DNA of 64,000 bases, from NCBI GenBank assembly GCA_001793155.1, contig MGHI01000020.1:9898-73897 (forward strand). Reading direction: 5' to 3'. Both the position numbers and the translations under genes were made by a program. Below, piece by piece: positions 18,189-28,254 of the stretch. This stretch comes from Candidatus Woesebacteria bacterium RIFCSPLOWO2_01_FULL_39_61 (GTDB lineage: Bacteria; Patescibacteriota; Microgenomatia; UBA8517). Within the stretch, counting starts at the first letter, position 1. Every line of letters starts with the position of its first letter. The notes beneath the pieces were generated by a model that did no database searches, was not told where the DNA came from, and saw only the letters and a program-made list of their open reading frames with translations.

Positions 18189-18858
18189 GCTAGAAAACGT
18201 ATGCAAATCTTACTTTCTTGGAGAAGAAGAGGTTAAAGCAGTAGATTCTGTAAGCCTTCAGATAAAAGAAAAAGAATTTATCGGAATTCAGGGATCTTCG
18301 GGCAGCGGGAAATCGACATTGATGTACCTTATCGGCCTTTTAGAAACTCCTACTTCTGGGAAAATTATTCTCGAAGGCAAAGACGTATCCAAGTTATCAG
18401 ACGACGATCTTTCAAAAATAAGAAACCGAAAAGTAGGATTTGTCTTTCAGTCATTCAATCTAATAAATCGTTTTACAGTTTTTGAAAACGTCTTGCTTCC
18501 AACTAAATATGCGAAATCCGGGCTGGATTTTGATCCGGTAAAAAGCGCTGAAGAACTTTTAAAAAGGTTCGGAATATATGACCGGCGGAATTTCTTTCCA
18601 AATAAAATATCGGGTGGACAACAGCAAAGAGTTTCTATAGCCCGTGCTCTTATTATGAAACCCAAGATAATACTTGCCGATGAACCGACGGGTAATTTAG
18701 ACAGCAAAACAGGAGACGAAATCATTAATATTTTGGAAGATTTGAACAAAGATTTGGGGGTAACGGTGATTATCGTGACTCACGAGAGTGAAATTGCGAA
18801 AAAAACCAAAAGAAAAATTTATATTAAGGACGGTCGTCTGGCGGAGAAATATTTGTAA
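18181..18858 (+). CDS. ABC transporter ATP-binding protein (MacB/LolD-like)
   Basis: Walker A GSSGSGKST, signature LSGGQQQRVSIARAL, Walker B ILADEPTGNLD, H-loop VTHE. Confidence 0.85.
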   Translation: MIKLENVCKSYFLGEEEVKAVDSVSLQIKEKEFIGIQGSSGSGKSTLMYLIGLLETPTSGKIILEGKDVSKLSDDDLSKIRNRKVGFVFQSFNLINRFTVFENVLLPTKYAKSGLDFDPVKSAEELLKRFGIYDRRNFFPNKISGGQQQRVSIARALIMKPKIILADEPTGNLDSKTGDEIINILEDLNKDLGVTVIIVTHESEIAKKTKRKIYIKDGRLAEKYL

Positions 18859-18962
18859 ATTTTTAATTTGCAATTTTGAATTTCTAATGAATTTTTAATT
18901 AGATAATTCAGTAAATTGAAATCAAATAAAAGTTAAGAATTAAAAAAAATAAAATTATTAAA

Positions 18963-20180
18963 ATGAAAATTCAAAACGGTTATATTCACCTTGCCAAATC
19001 TGCTCTTGAAGATTTTAGAAGAAACAAAGTACGCACATTTTTGACTTCGCTGGGAATAATGATTGGAGTTCTTTCCGTGGTTTTGTTGATTTCATTAGGG
19101 TTAGGACTCAAAAATTATTTAAAACAACAGTTTGAGAGTTTGGGTGCGAATCTGATAATTATATTTCCGGGAAACATTTCATCAAGCGAGGAGGGAGGTG
19201 GTCTAGCGAATTTTGGTGCGGGGTTTGCGGGAGGAGCTAATTTTGACGAAAGAGATTATGAGAGCTTGAAAAGATCTGTTGAAGCGGATTATGTTGTTCC
19301 GCTTTTCATGAAAAGTAGTGTAGTTGAAAGCAATGGTAAAAGGAAATTAGGTTATTTAATGGGATCGAATGAGGAGTCTTTTAAAATTCTTAATTTGGAA
19401 ATTCTTGCCGGTGATTTTTTTCTGAAAGGGGATGTTTCCGCAAGGGCCAAAAAAGCCGTGCTGGGTTATAATTTGGCCGATGCCTTATACGAAAAACCAG
19501 AAGATGCAATCGGAAAAACCATAAGGGTTGCAGATCAAAGATTTAAAGTAATAGGTGTTTATAAGAAAAAGGGAGACAGGGAACAGGATGGTGCAGCGGT
19601 AGTTCCATATCGGAGTACGTTCGGTACTTTAAATCCCGATAAAACATTTTTTACGATTTATCTTGGAACCATAAATGAGGATAAAGTGGAGTCAATAAAA
19701 ATTCAAGCGAAAGAAGTGCTCCTCAAAAGGTATAAGGCGGATGATTTTACTGTTACCGAGCAGTCTGAACTTTTATCAACGGTTAATCAAATATTCAACA
19801 TTGTAAACGGAGTATTAGTTGCCATCGGTTCGATTTCGTTAATCGTAGGGGGTATCGGAATAATGAATATTATGTATGCAACTGTCACTGAAAGGACAAA
19901 AGAGGTTGGTATTAGGCGTGCGGTAGGTGCGACCCAAAAAGATATTTTAAAGCAATTTCTGACAGAAGCAGTAATGCTTTCGGTTTTTGGAGGACTTTTA
20001 GGATTAATTCTTTCATCATTAATCGTTTTGGGCATACGTGTATTTTTTCCGGCGTCAATAAATCTTTTTTCTGTTGTCATCACTTTGGTTATTTCTTCAG
20101 GCATAGGAATATTTTTCGGAGTTTTTCCTGCACGACGTGCCGCTAAGCTTTCCCCGATTGAGGCGATAAGATATGAATAA
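18963..20180 (+). CDS. ABC transporter permease, FtsX/MacB-type
   Basis: N-terminal TM, large periplasmic domain, then 3 C-terminal TMs with ..ERTKEVGIRRAVGATQKDIL.. FtsX motif. Confidence 0.8.
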   Translation: MKIQNGYIHLAKSALEDFRRNKVRTFLTSLGIMIGVLSVVLLISLGLGLKNYLKQQFESLGANLIIIFPGNISSSEEGGGLANFGAGFAGGANFDERDYESLKRSVEADYVVPLFMKSSVVESNGKRKLGYLMGSNEESFKILNLEILAGDFFLKGDVSARAKKAVLGYNLADALYEKPEDAIGKTIRVADQRFKVIGVYKKKGDREQDGAAVVPYRSTFGTLNPDKTFFTIYLGTINEDKVESIKIQAKEVLLKRYKADDFTVTEQSELLSTVNQIFNIVNGVLVAIGSISLIVGGIGIMNIMYATVTERTKEVGIRRAVGATQKDILKQFLTEAVMLSVFGGLLGLILSSLIVLGIRVFFPASINLFSVVITLVISSGIGIFFGVFPARRAAKLSPIEAIRYE

Positions 20181-20274
20181 AATCCAAAGTGGAGGTGTGA
20201 TAGTATAAAACGAAATCTGGTATGTCATTCTCTTTTAAGATGAAAAACTCCGCGTATAATTCGGAAAGAATGTC

Positions 20275-21216
20275 ATGAAAAAAATTGCAATTTGTGGAAG
20301 TATGTTTTTCTACAATAAAATGGTAAGTCTTCGGGCACAACTTGAAGCCCTCGGTTTTGCAGTTGATATACCTACATCTTTTGAGGAAATGGGTTTAATA
20401 AAATATGACAGATACACGCAAGAAGAGGGAAGGAAGTTGAAACTGGAGCATAATTTAATAGAAGGCTATTACAAAAAAATATGCGCGTCCGAAGGAATTT
20501 TAGTAGCCAACTATAAGAAAAAAGGGATCGAAGGTTACGTTGGGGGGAATACCTTGTTAGAGATTGGTTTTGCGTATGTAAATAGACGGGATATTTTTAT
20601 GGTAAACACCACTCCTGACATACAATATAAGGCTGAAATAGAAGCTATGAAACCTATTGTGGTTGGTGAGGAAATCAAGAAAATAAAAAATTACTATAGA
20701 AATCTTCCTAAAGTTTTTGTGAGCTCGAAAAATCAAATTAAACTTGACTCGGTTTGCTTCGGTTTTAGGAAAATCGGTAAGACATTTGATGTAAATGGGT
20801 TTAAAACTAAGTCGGGTGTTGCCGAGCAGCCAACGTCTATTGAAGAAACTTACCTCGGAGCAAAAAACAGGTTAGAGGATTTAAGAAAGAAAGTGAAAGG
20901 TAAAAAATATTCCTATTTAGTATCTATTGAAAGCGGGTTAGCAACACTTCTTTCAAATCATAATTACTTTGGATTTAGTGTTTGCGTTATTGTAAACACC
21001 AAGGGATTAGAAAAATTAAGCATAACTACAGAATTAGAAATTCCAAAAAGTATGACAAGCCTTGTTCCGAATCCCTACCCCGACTTAGGTGTTTTAGTTC
21101 AGGAAAAATATGGATCAAGGATTAAGGATCCTTATTTTTATATTACTAAGGGTAAGGTTTCAAGAGTAGATTTGCTTACTCAATCGGTAGCAAACACTGC
21201 CTCTTTGTTTAAATAA
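20275..21216 (+). CDS. fusion: nucleoside 2-deoxyribosyltransferase-like domain + YjjX-like non-canonical NTPase (PF01931)
   Basis: N-terminal KIAICGSMFF..GGNTLLEIGFAYV (NDT/Rcl-like Glu motif); C-terminal ..KSGVAEQPTSIEETYLGAKNRLEDL.. matches the inosine/xanthosine triphosphatase signature. Confidence 0.5.
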   Translation: MKKIAICGSMFFYNKMVSLRAQLEALGFAVDIPTSFEEMGLIKYDRYTQEEGRKLKLEHNLIEGYYKKICASEGILVANYKKKGIEGYVGGNTLLEIGFAYVNRRDIFMVNTTPDIQYKAEIEAMKPIVVGEEIKKIKNYYRNLPKVFVSSKNQIKLDSVCFGFRKIGKTFDVNGFKTKSGVAEQPTSIEETYLGAKNRLEDLRKKVKGKKYSYLVSIESGLATLLSNHNYFGFSVCVIVNTKGLEKLSITTELEIPKSMTSLVPNPYPDLGVLVQEKYGSRIKDPYFYITKGKVSRVDLLTQSVANTASLFK

Positions 21217-21285
21217 CGGCTTAACGAGGGTTAAATAAGCTTCCACTTGTTATTTCAAATGATAATCTGCTAGGATTGAAACTAT

Positions 21286-22446
21286 ATGGAAAAGATAGTT
21301 ATTGTCATGGCTGCGTGGAACGAGGCAGAGAACATTAAGAAAATGATTGATACTTTATTTGACGAAGTTTTCCCCAAAATCGGTGCGGAAGTGCACCTTT
21401 TGGTTGCCGATAATCACTCGACCGACGGAATGACCCAGATTGTTGAGGAAGAGATGAAAAAGCGAAACAATCTTCATATTGTTCAGCAAACAAAAACAGG
21501 TTTAGGATATGCGTACGTAGACGGTTTTAAGTATGCAGTGGAAAAACTCGGCGCGGATGCAGTAATGGAGATGGATGCCGATGGCCAACATCCTCCGGAG
21601 TTCGTAAAACCCATGGTTGAAGCATATCTGTCTGGCGCGGAATATGTCATCGGATCAAGGTACATTCCCGGAGGATCTATTCCGAAAGAGTGGGCGTTTT
21701 TCAGAAAGTTTGTAAGCTATTTTGGGAATTTATACATTAGGCTGGTTTTACTTAAACCTTCGATTCACGATTTGACAACAGGATTCCGTCTTACTAGAGT
21801 GAAGGGTGTTTTGGATAAGATCAATCTCGATAATTTAATGGAGAAGGAAAGATTTGCTTATAAAGTCGATTTACTCTATCAAAGTATCAAAAATTCAAAA
21901 AAGACGGTTGAAGTACCCCTTGAATTTAAACCGCGAACAACCGACAAATCGAAATTTAATATAACGGAGACATTAGCTACTCTTAAAGTTGCAACTATAT
22001 TAGGTGTTAAGGATAAACAAAGATTTATTAAATTCGGGACGGTTGGGTTTATCGGTTATATTGTTAATGCAATCGGTCTTGAAGTATTCGCAAAGTTGAC
22101 TTTTCCCGAATGGGCTATATGGGCAGCAGCAACAGAACTTGCGATTATCAGCAACTTTATCTTAAATAATATTTGGACTTTTAAGGCAGAAAAAATTACA
22201 GGACTTACTCAATTATTAAGAAAATTTTTACAGTTTAACGGGACCAGCGTTGGGGCTTTGATAATTCAGGCGGTTTTCGGCACTCTCGGTGTTTTAGTCT
22301 TTGGCCCCGGCGCAAGACAGTTAATATTACCGTTTATCATACTGTTTTTGGTGTTACCGTATAACTACTTTATGTATAACGCGGTTATCTGGAAGACTTG
22401 GAAACTTCCTTTCCTCGAAAAGATTAAAAGTAAATCCTCAAATTGA
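21286..22446 (+). CDS. polyprenol-phosphate glycosyltransferase (GT2, DPM1/Ppm1-like) fused to a GtrA-like 4-TM domain
   Basis: ..IVIVMAAWNEAENI..LLVADNHSTDG..MDADGQHPP.. then C-terminal ..FGTVGFIGYIVNAIGL..ISNFILNNIWTFK.. (GtrA family motif). Confidence 0.7.
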   Translation: MEKIVIVMAAWNEAENIKKMIDTLFDEVFPKIGAEVHLLVADNHSTDGMTQIVEEEMKKRNNLHIVQQTKTGLGYAYVDGFKYAVEKLGADAVMEMDADGQHPPEFVKPMVEAYLSGAEYVIGSRYIPGGSIPKEWAFFRKFVSYFGNLYIRLVLLKPSIHDLTTGFRLTRVKGVLDKINLDNLMEKERFAYKVDLLYQSIKNSKKTVEVPLEFKPRTTDKSKFNITETLATLKVATILGVKDKQRFIKFGTVGFIGYIVNAIGLEVFAKLTFPEWAIWAAATELAIISNFILNNIWTFKAEKITGLTQLLRKFLQFNGTSVGALIIQAVFGTLGVLVFGPGARQLILPFIILFLVLPYNYFMYNAVIWKTWKLPFLEKIKSKSSN

Positions 22447-22471
22447 GAGTTTTTGATAGATTATTAAAAGT

Positions 22472-23386
22472 ATGATTTTTTCAAGGAATATTTTAGGTAA
22501 AATGATCGAAATGGGTGTAAGTTCGGAAGAAAGAGAAAAAGAATTTGAGAGATTTATAGTAGCCCAATATTTAAGATACACTTCGGTTGACGAAGTATTC
22601 CGTAAAAATAATTATGATCTGCCGATATCCTACCCTGGTGTTCATCGACTTCTTGATCGCTGGGGAATCATTAAGGCTGCCGGTCCGAATTCAAAATTAT
22701 CGGAAGCCATTTGTTTTTTGACATGCCTTTCAGACCGAAAAATTCCTCTGGAGCGACTTTATAAGAATATGCCCCCTAGCTTTAAGACTTCAATGGCTAC
22801 AATGCACAGGATTATGCATAACGTAAAAAAGGGTGTTGTAAGAAGAGCTGGTACTGCTTTAATTGTTACACCGCACGATAGCCCGGATTCGTTTTTGGTC
22901 GGTAATGATATTTCCACTCCCAGAATCGAGTTCGGTAAACCATATGGCTCTGTTTCCGTACCCATGACATTTTCTAAGCGAAGAGAACCGGTTAAAGAGT
23001 CGATATTAAGGATACTTCAGCAGGAAGTTTTTACGGAAAATGTTCTTAGCGGACGAACTCCGTTTGAGGTTATACCTCAAAACCCCGAACCTTTTATGTA
23101 TCTTGATATTGCCGATGTCAGAGTGGGAGTATATAATATCCGGCTTCCGAAGGAGCTTTCCGATACACAGGCATTTTCAAGTTATAAACTCGAGAATTTC
23201 CGTTACATAAACTTTTCAGAAGTACAGGACAATCCCGAACAAAACTACAGGTCAGGAATTACCGAAATGGCGACGGGATACAATAATTATCTGCAGAAAG
23301 ATGCGCATGGATTTTCGTCTAAGCCGGTCTTTGAAATATCACTCCTGAATCAGCAATTAGCACTGCTCCCGCTGTACTCTCAATGA
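22472..23386 (+). CDS. hypothetical protein (possible N-terminal HTH)
   Basis: 304 aa, no recognisable catalytic motifs; ..YTSVDEVFRKNNYDLPISYPGVHRLLDRWGI.. is helix-turn-helix-like. Confidence 0.3.
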   Translation: MIFSRNILGKMIEMGVSSEEREKEFERFIVAQYLRYTSVDEVFRKNNYDLPISYPGVHRLLDRWGIIKAAGPNSKLSEAICFLTCLSDRKIPLERLYKNMPPSFKTSMATMHRIMHNVKKGVVRRAGTALIVTPHDSPDSFLVGNDISTPRIEFGKPYGSVSVPMTFSKRREPVKESILRILQQEVFTENVLSGRTPFEVIPQNPEPFMYLDIADVRVGVYNIRLPKELSDTQAFSSYKLENFRYINFSEVQDNPEQNYRSGITEMATGYNNYLQKDAHGFSSKPVFEISLLNQQLALLPLYSQ

Positions 23387-23596
23387 CAAGGTCTTCATTA
23401 TTAGTTGGCACCCGATTGACTTCTGGGAAAAATTTTGGGCGTGCAGGTTCATGAAATAGGCTTACCGAACCATCGAGGTGTATCTTTCCAGTTAGGTTAT
23501 ATCTTTCTTTGTAGATAGTTTGCATCCTCCAATGTCTCGGTACTTCGGACATAAGATACATAGTAAACGAATTTTACTTGCACTAACTATCAAGAA

Positions 23597-24754
23597 TTAG
23601 AGAAGAGGACCCCAATCGGAGATGGGCATCACATTTTGGGAGATATAGGTTATTGAGAAAAGATATATAGGTATGATAAGTACCATCATGACCAGTTTAA
23701 ATTCCTTTTTTAAGATCGTGTCAGAAAAAGCAATAAATAAAAACGGAACTATTGGAAGCGAGTATCTTATTAAATCCCTGTGAGACACAAAAAGGGTGGA
23801 GGCAAAAAATATTGCAGTAAACCAAGCGATTTCGAATTCTTTCATTTTAATTAATTTCAATATCCCCAAAATACCAAAAAGGTATACAAATATGATTTCT
23901 TCTAGCCAGTAAGTCCCGACCCAGGGTTGGCTGTAATTAAAAATTTGAAAAGGCGGAAAAAAAAGATGAATATTGTCCCCAGAATGAAAATAAGCAAAAA
24001 AATCATTTAATCTTACTTTGTATAAAACAAAAACAAGGATAAGTGACGAGGGTATTAGGAGTATTGATAGCAAGGCCTTGATATTCACGACCTGTTTCCA
24101 TTTTGAAAACGTTGCCGTTGCCGCATATTTTAAGTTCGGTAATAAAAGTATCATTAAATAAGCAATAAAAAGCAGAATTCCTGGGGACTTGGTCAGTTGG
24201 GCAATAACACCCCAAACTCCGGCCCTGAAATATTTTTTCTTTCTAAAATAAAAGACAGATGCAATAATGGCAGCTACAAAAAGAGGTTCGGGAGATCCTA
24301 CCGATCTGACTATTAACCATCGGGCTGGAAGTAGCGCAAAAACGGTTGTAATCCAGACAATACCCTTTTTGTCAACGAACTCGGAGACAATTCTTGAGAA
24401 GAAATATAAAGCCAATATTGAGGACAATAAGGTAATGCCAAGCATTGCATACGGAAAACCGGTATATTTGCCGATTAATCTAATAAGGACTGGATAAAGA
24501 GGGAGATGAGCAGCATAATAACCTGAGGGAAGTCCGAATTCGAAGTTATTAATCTCTGCGGGGTCATATAAACTTTTGGCAACTGCGATAAAAAGCGGTC
24601 CGTCGTAGTTTGCAACAATTGTTGCCATACCGCCCTTCGACAATGGGATTCCCCAAATACTTGGTAGTCTAAAAAAGAACGGAAACCAGATAAAAAGAGT
24701 GGGGATTAGCGATATGAGAATGATTGCGGCTAAATTCTTAAAATTTTTGCCCAT
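23597..24754 (-). CDS. multi-pass membrane protein (putative GT-C-like/unknown)
   Basis: 385 aa, about 10 predicted TM helices; diverges from the GT2 at 24852. Confidence 0.35.
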   Translation of the reverse strand: MGKNFKNLAAIILISLIPTLFIWFPFFFRLPSIWGIPLSKGGMATIVANYDGPLFIAVAKSLYDPAEINNFEFGLPSGYYAAHLPLYPVLIRLIGKYTGFPYAMLGITLLSSILALYFFSRIVSEFVDKKGIVWITTVFALLPARWLIVRSVGSPEPLFVAAIIASVFYFRKKKYFRAGVWGVIAQLTKSPGILLFIAYLMILLLPNLKYAATATFSKWKQVVNIKALLSILLIPSSLILVFVLYKVRLNDFFAYFHSGDNIHLFFPPFQIFNYSQPWVGTYWLEEIIFVYLFGILGILKLIKMKEFEIAWFTAIFFASTLFVSHRDLIRYSLPIVPFLFIAFSDTILKKEFKLVMMVLIIPIYLFSITYISQNVMPISDWGPLL

Positions 24755-24851
24755 GTAGCCAAATAATATACCGTTTAGTTGTGTGAGACAAGCTTACTTG
24801 AGCCGATGGAAGTGTCAGCTTCATTTGTGCTAGACTTCAAATGTTAGATAT

Positions 24852-25562
24852 ATGGCTTATTTACTTAAAGAACTATCGGTTTTTTTCCCGGTATATAACT
24901 TAGAAGCCCAGATTAAGGACACACTTGTTAATGCACTTGAGACGATTCCTAATTTGGCTGAAAAATACGAAATTATCGTAGTCAACGACGGGAGTTATGA
25001 TAGAACGGGCGAAATCCTATCCGAAATTGCTAAGAAAAATACAAATATACGAATAATTACCCACAAAAATAATCGCGGGTATGGAGGGGCATTAAAATCA
25101 GGGTTTTATGGTTCCAAATATGAATGGATTGCGTTTACCGATGCCGACGGACAGTTTGACATTTCCGAACTTCCTAACTTGATTAATTTACAGAAGCGAA
25201 CCAAGGCAGATTTGGTTGTCGGATACTATATGAAAAGAGCCGTTAAGTTTTACAGAAAAGTAAACACTTGGCTTTGGCAGCTTGTTGTGAGAATACTTTT
25301 CGGATTAAACGTAAAGGATATTGATTGCGGTTTTAAGTTAATTTCAAAAAAGGTACTCTCCGGAATTGACCCACTGGAGTCGGAAAGGGGAGCCTTTGTT
25401 TCGAGCGAATTTTTAATTAAGGCGCAAAAAGCAGGATTTAAGATAGTGGAAATAGGAGTCCATCATTATCCCAGAACCGAAGGAAGGGGAACCGGAGCGG
25501 ATTTAAATGTAATAATCAGGAGCTTTATTGACCTTTTCAAATTATGGAAAAAACTCAGATGA
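24852..25562 (+). CDS. polyprenol-phosphate sugar synthase-type GT2 (DPM1-like)
   Basis: ..FPVYNLEAQI..IVVNDGSYDRTGEIL..FTDADGQFD..DCGFKLISKK.. DPM1/GtrB-type motifs, 236 aa soluble. Confidence 0.75.
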   Translation: MAYLLKELSVFFPVYNLEAQIKDTLVNALETIPNLAEKYEIIVVNDGSYDRTGEILSEIAKKNTNIRIITHKNNRGYGGALKSGFYGSKYEWIAFTDADGQFDISELPNLINLQKRTKADLVVGYYMKRAVKFYRKVNTWLWQLVVRILFGLNVKDIDCGFKLISKKVLSGIDPLESERGAFVSSEFLIKAQKAGFKIVEIGVHHYPRTEGRGTGADLNVIIRSFIDLFKLWKKLR

Positions 25563-25566
25563 AGAT

Positions 25567-27177
25567 ATGTTATCGTACCTTAGTAAATTGATTAATAAGA
25601 TAAGGCTTTGGATTAAAGATAATCCCAGAGAGGCTTTTTTGATTTTTATAATTCTTCTTATTGGAGCTTCTTTCAGGCTTTATAGGATCGGTGAGTATAT
25701 GATTTTTTTGGGCGATGAGGGGAGAGATGCAATTGTCGTGAGGCGTCTTTTGGTGAATTTTGATCCGATACTTATTGGACCTGGAACTTCTATAGGCAAC
25801 ATGTACCTGGGGCCTTTGTATTACTATATGATCGCTCCGGCACTTTTACTCGCTAATTTTTCACCGGTGGGGCCGTCGGTTTTGGTAACCCTTTTTGGAA
25901 TTGCAACTATATTTTTGGTTTGGATGATGGGACGCGAGTGGTTTGGAAATACCGCCGGAATGATAGCCTCGTTTTTTTATTCGATAGCGCCAGTAGTTAT
26001 TACTTTTTCAAAGTCTTCCTGGAACCCTAATATAATGCCTTTTTTTGCTCTGATATCCATATATTCGATTTGGAGAGTTTGGCAATACAAAGAATTTAAG
26101 TGGCTTTTTGCACTTGGAGTATTTTTCGCAATTATTCTTCAATCGCATTATTTAGGTCTGCTTTTAGCTCCCACACTTGGACTATTCTGGGTTTTAACTT
26201 ATTTAAAAAATAGAAAATCAAGTTCTGAAATTAAGAATTTTACAAAATATTCCATATTGGGTATCGGAACTTTTGCTATTCTTATGTCTCCGTTGGTAAT
26301 TTTTGATGCCCGGCACGAATGGCGCAATTTCGGGGCGATAAAATTATTTTTCTTAGAGAGACAAACGACTGTGTCAGCGCGTCCCTGGAGCGGAATTTCA
26401 AAAATACCTGAATTGATCGACCAGGTAAATTTATCTCTCCTTAGTTCACAAAACGCGGATATATCCTGGATTTACACTTATCTTTTTTACCCAGGATTTA
26501 TTGTATTATTCTTATTTATTCTTTTGAAAAGTACCCGGAAGATTTCCCCGGATAAGAAATCTTGGTTAAATATTTTTAAAAAACTAGATTCAAAATACGT
26601 GGCCTCTTACTTTTTACTCGTTGCATGGCTTGGCGTATCTTTTGTAGGCTTATCTTTGTACAAACAACACATATACGACCACTACTATGGTTTTTTCTTT
26701 CCGGCACCCTTTTTATTGGCCGGAGCAGTGAGTCAATATGTAGTTAAAAACTCCAGCCGGTTGGTTAAAATAACACTAGCTGTATTTTTGATATATGCAG
26801 TCTATATAAATTTATCCAATAGCCCAATAAAATACTCACCGAATAGACAAATGCAGAGGGCGGTTGGTGTTGCCAGGGAAATCCAAAAACAGGCAAACGG
26901 TGAGAAATTTAATCTCGCAGTACTGGCTGAGCGAAATTATGAAGACGGATACCAATATTTTTTGGAAAAATGGGGTGAGCCGGTTTACGATATTGACCCC
27001 TTAAAACTCGAGGAAACTTTGGCAAGTCAACTTTTTGTCGTTTGCGAAATGCCGAAGGAAAAATGCGATCCAACCCATAGCCCAAAAGCAGAAGTAGCAA
27101 ATTTCGGCTGGAGCAAGATTGAAGAAGAATGGGAAGTTAACGGAGTAACTGTCTATAAATTAATCCACGCGCAATGA
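25567..27177 (+). CDS. GT-C-fold membrane glycosyltransferase, ArnT/PMT (GT39/GT83)-like, paralog A
   Basis: Start at the internal ATG just after the upstream stop; ..RLYRIGEYMIFLGDEGRDAIVVRR..GPLYYYMIAP.. with about 11 TM; C-terminal Cys-containing soluble domain. Confidence 0.65.
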   Translation: MLSYLSKLINKIRLWIKDNPREAFLIFIILLIGASFRLYRIGEYMIFLGDEGRDAIVVRRLLVNFDPILIGPGTSIGNMYLGPLYYYMIAPALLLANFSPVGPSVLVTLFGIATIFLVWMMGREWFGNTAGMIASFFYSIAPVVITFSKSSWNPNIMPFFALISIYSIWRVWQYKEFKWLFALGVFFAIILQSHYLGLLLAPTLGLFWVLTYLKNRKSSSEIKNFTKYSILGIGTFAILMSPLVIFDARHEWRNFGAIKLFFLERQTTVSARPWSGISKIPELIDQVNLSLLSSQNADISWIYTYLFYPGFIVLFLFILLKSTRKISPDKKSWLNIFKKLDSKYVASYFLLVAWLGVSFVGLSLYKQHIYDHYYGFFFPAPFLLAGAVSQYVVKNSSRLVKITLAVFLIYAVYINLSNSPIKYSPNRQMQRAVGVAREIQKQANGEKFNLAVLAERNYEDGYQYFLEKWGEPVYDIDPLKLEETLASQLFVVCEMPKEKCDPTHSPKAEVANFGWSKIEEEWEVNGVTVYKLIHAQ

Positions 27178-28199
27178 AATTTAAAGAAACAACTTCAAAA
27201 TATCAAACTTTACATTCTCATACTATAGTATCTGATGGATTAATGTCCTACAAGGAAGTTTTGGAAGTTTGTGAATCTAACAATATTGGTGTAGTTGCAT
27301 TTACTGATCATGACAGTGTCCCGAAAGAGTCACGGGTAAAGGAGTTAGTTGATAGGAAAAATAATAAGACTAAGTGGATAATCGGAATTGAAATTTCTGC
27401 TGATAAACCGGATGATTTTGATAAAAAATTTACTCCTCATATTGTCGGTTTGTTTGTGAATCCTTATGACGCAAATCTTCTCAAGCATTGTAAATTAGCT
27501 CAAGAAGCAAGAAAAGAAAGAATGAGCCGTATTGTAAAAAATCTAAATAAAATAGGTTTTATAGTGACTGAGAAAGATTGTTTAGCAGCTTCTAAAGGTG
27601 AAGCAGTTGGTAGTCCGCACATTGTTCAGGCGATTAAATCTAAAAAGGAGAATATTATTTTAATAGAGAAACTAAGAGTTCAAATGAAAAGAGACGCTAA
27701 GGATAACAAAATATTAAAAGAGAAATACGATAAAATGATTAAAAGAGGTGTGGATCAATATCCATATGTTCTGTTTTTAAGTAGTGATTCATATATTCAA
27801 GGAATATATGTTAATTACCTTTATCGAATTGATTTGGATACAAGCGTCAAACTGATTAGAGACGCAGGAGGTCTGGCATTCTTTGCCCATTGGTTCACAG
27901 AAATTGAAGATTGCGATGCATATTTGATGGAGAAATTATTAAAAGAAAACCGTATTGACGGCGCCGAAACTATTTACGGATTTTATGACAATATTAAAAA
28001 AGATTTTATAAAACAAAGAGAAATACTACAGTCTTTAATTAAAAAATATAATAGACTGGAAAGCGGTGGAGTAGACGCACATAATAAAAACCAAATAGAA
28101 GATTTTGCCAAAGACGAATGGTATGCTGGACTGACTATCGGAATGACAGAAAGAATATTATCCAGCGGTAAGGTTGATAAGAAATGGAGCTCTTTATGA
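27174..28199 (+). CDS. PHP-domain metal-dependent phosphoesterase
   Basis: ..LHSHTIVSDGLMSYKEVLEVCESNNIGVVAFTDHDSV.. PHP motif I/II; ATGA overlap with the upstream gene. Confidence 0.65.
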   Translation: MKFKETTSKYQTLHSHTIVSDGLMSYKEVLEVCESNNIGVVAFTDHDSVPKESRVKELVDRKNNKTKWIIGIEISADKPDDFDKKFTPHIVGLFVNPYDANLLKHCKLAQEARKERMSRIVKNLNKIGFIVTEKDCLAASKGEAVGSPHIVQAIKSKKENIILIEKLRVQMKRDAKDNKILKEKYDKMIKRGVDQYPYVLFLSSDSYIQGIYVNYLYRIDLDTSVKLIRDAGGLAFFAHWFTEIEDCDAYLMEKLLKENRIDGAETIYGFYDNIKKDFIKQREILQSLIKKYNRLESGGVDAHNKNQIEDFAKDEWYAGLTIGMTERILSSGKVDKKWSSL

Positions 28200-28254
28200 T
28201 TTATTATTTTCCTTATGATCAAGCTGTAGAAAAAAACAGATGTTTCCAAAAAAT

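Noticed and set aside
20143-20340. 65-aa minus-strand ORF spanning the permease stop and the start of the NDT-like fusion gene
   Set aside because: It overlaps two confidently called + strand genes across their junction. It is most likely spurious.
22472-23386. Possible NUDIX hydrolase assignment for the 304-aa hypothetical
   Set aside because: I tried to fit the Gx5Ex7REUxEExGU box to ..SKRREPVKESILRILQQEVFTE.. but the spacing does not match. Left as hypothetical.
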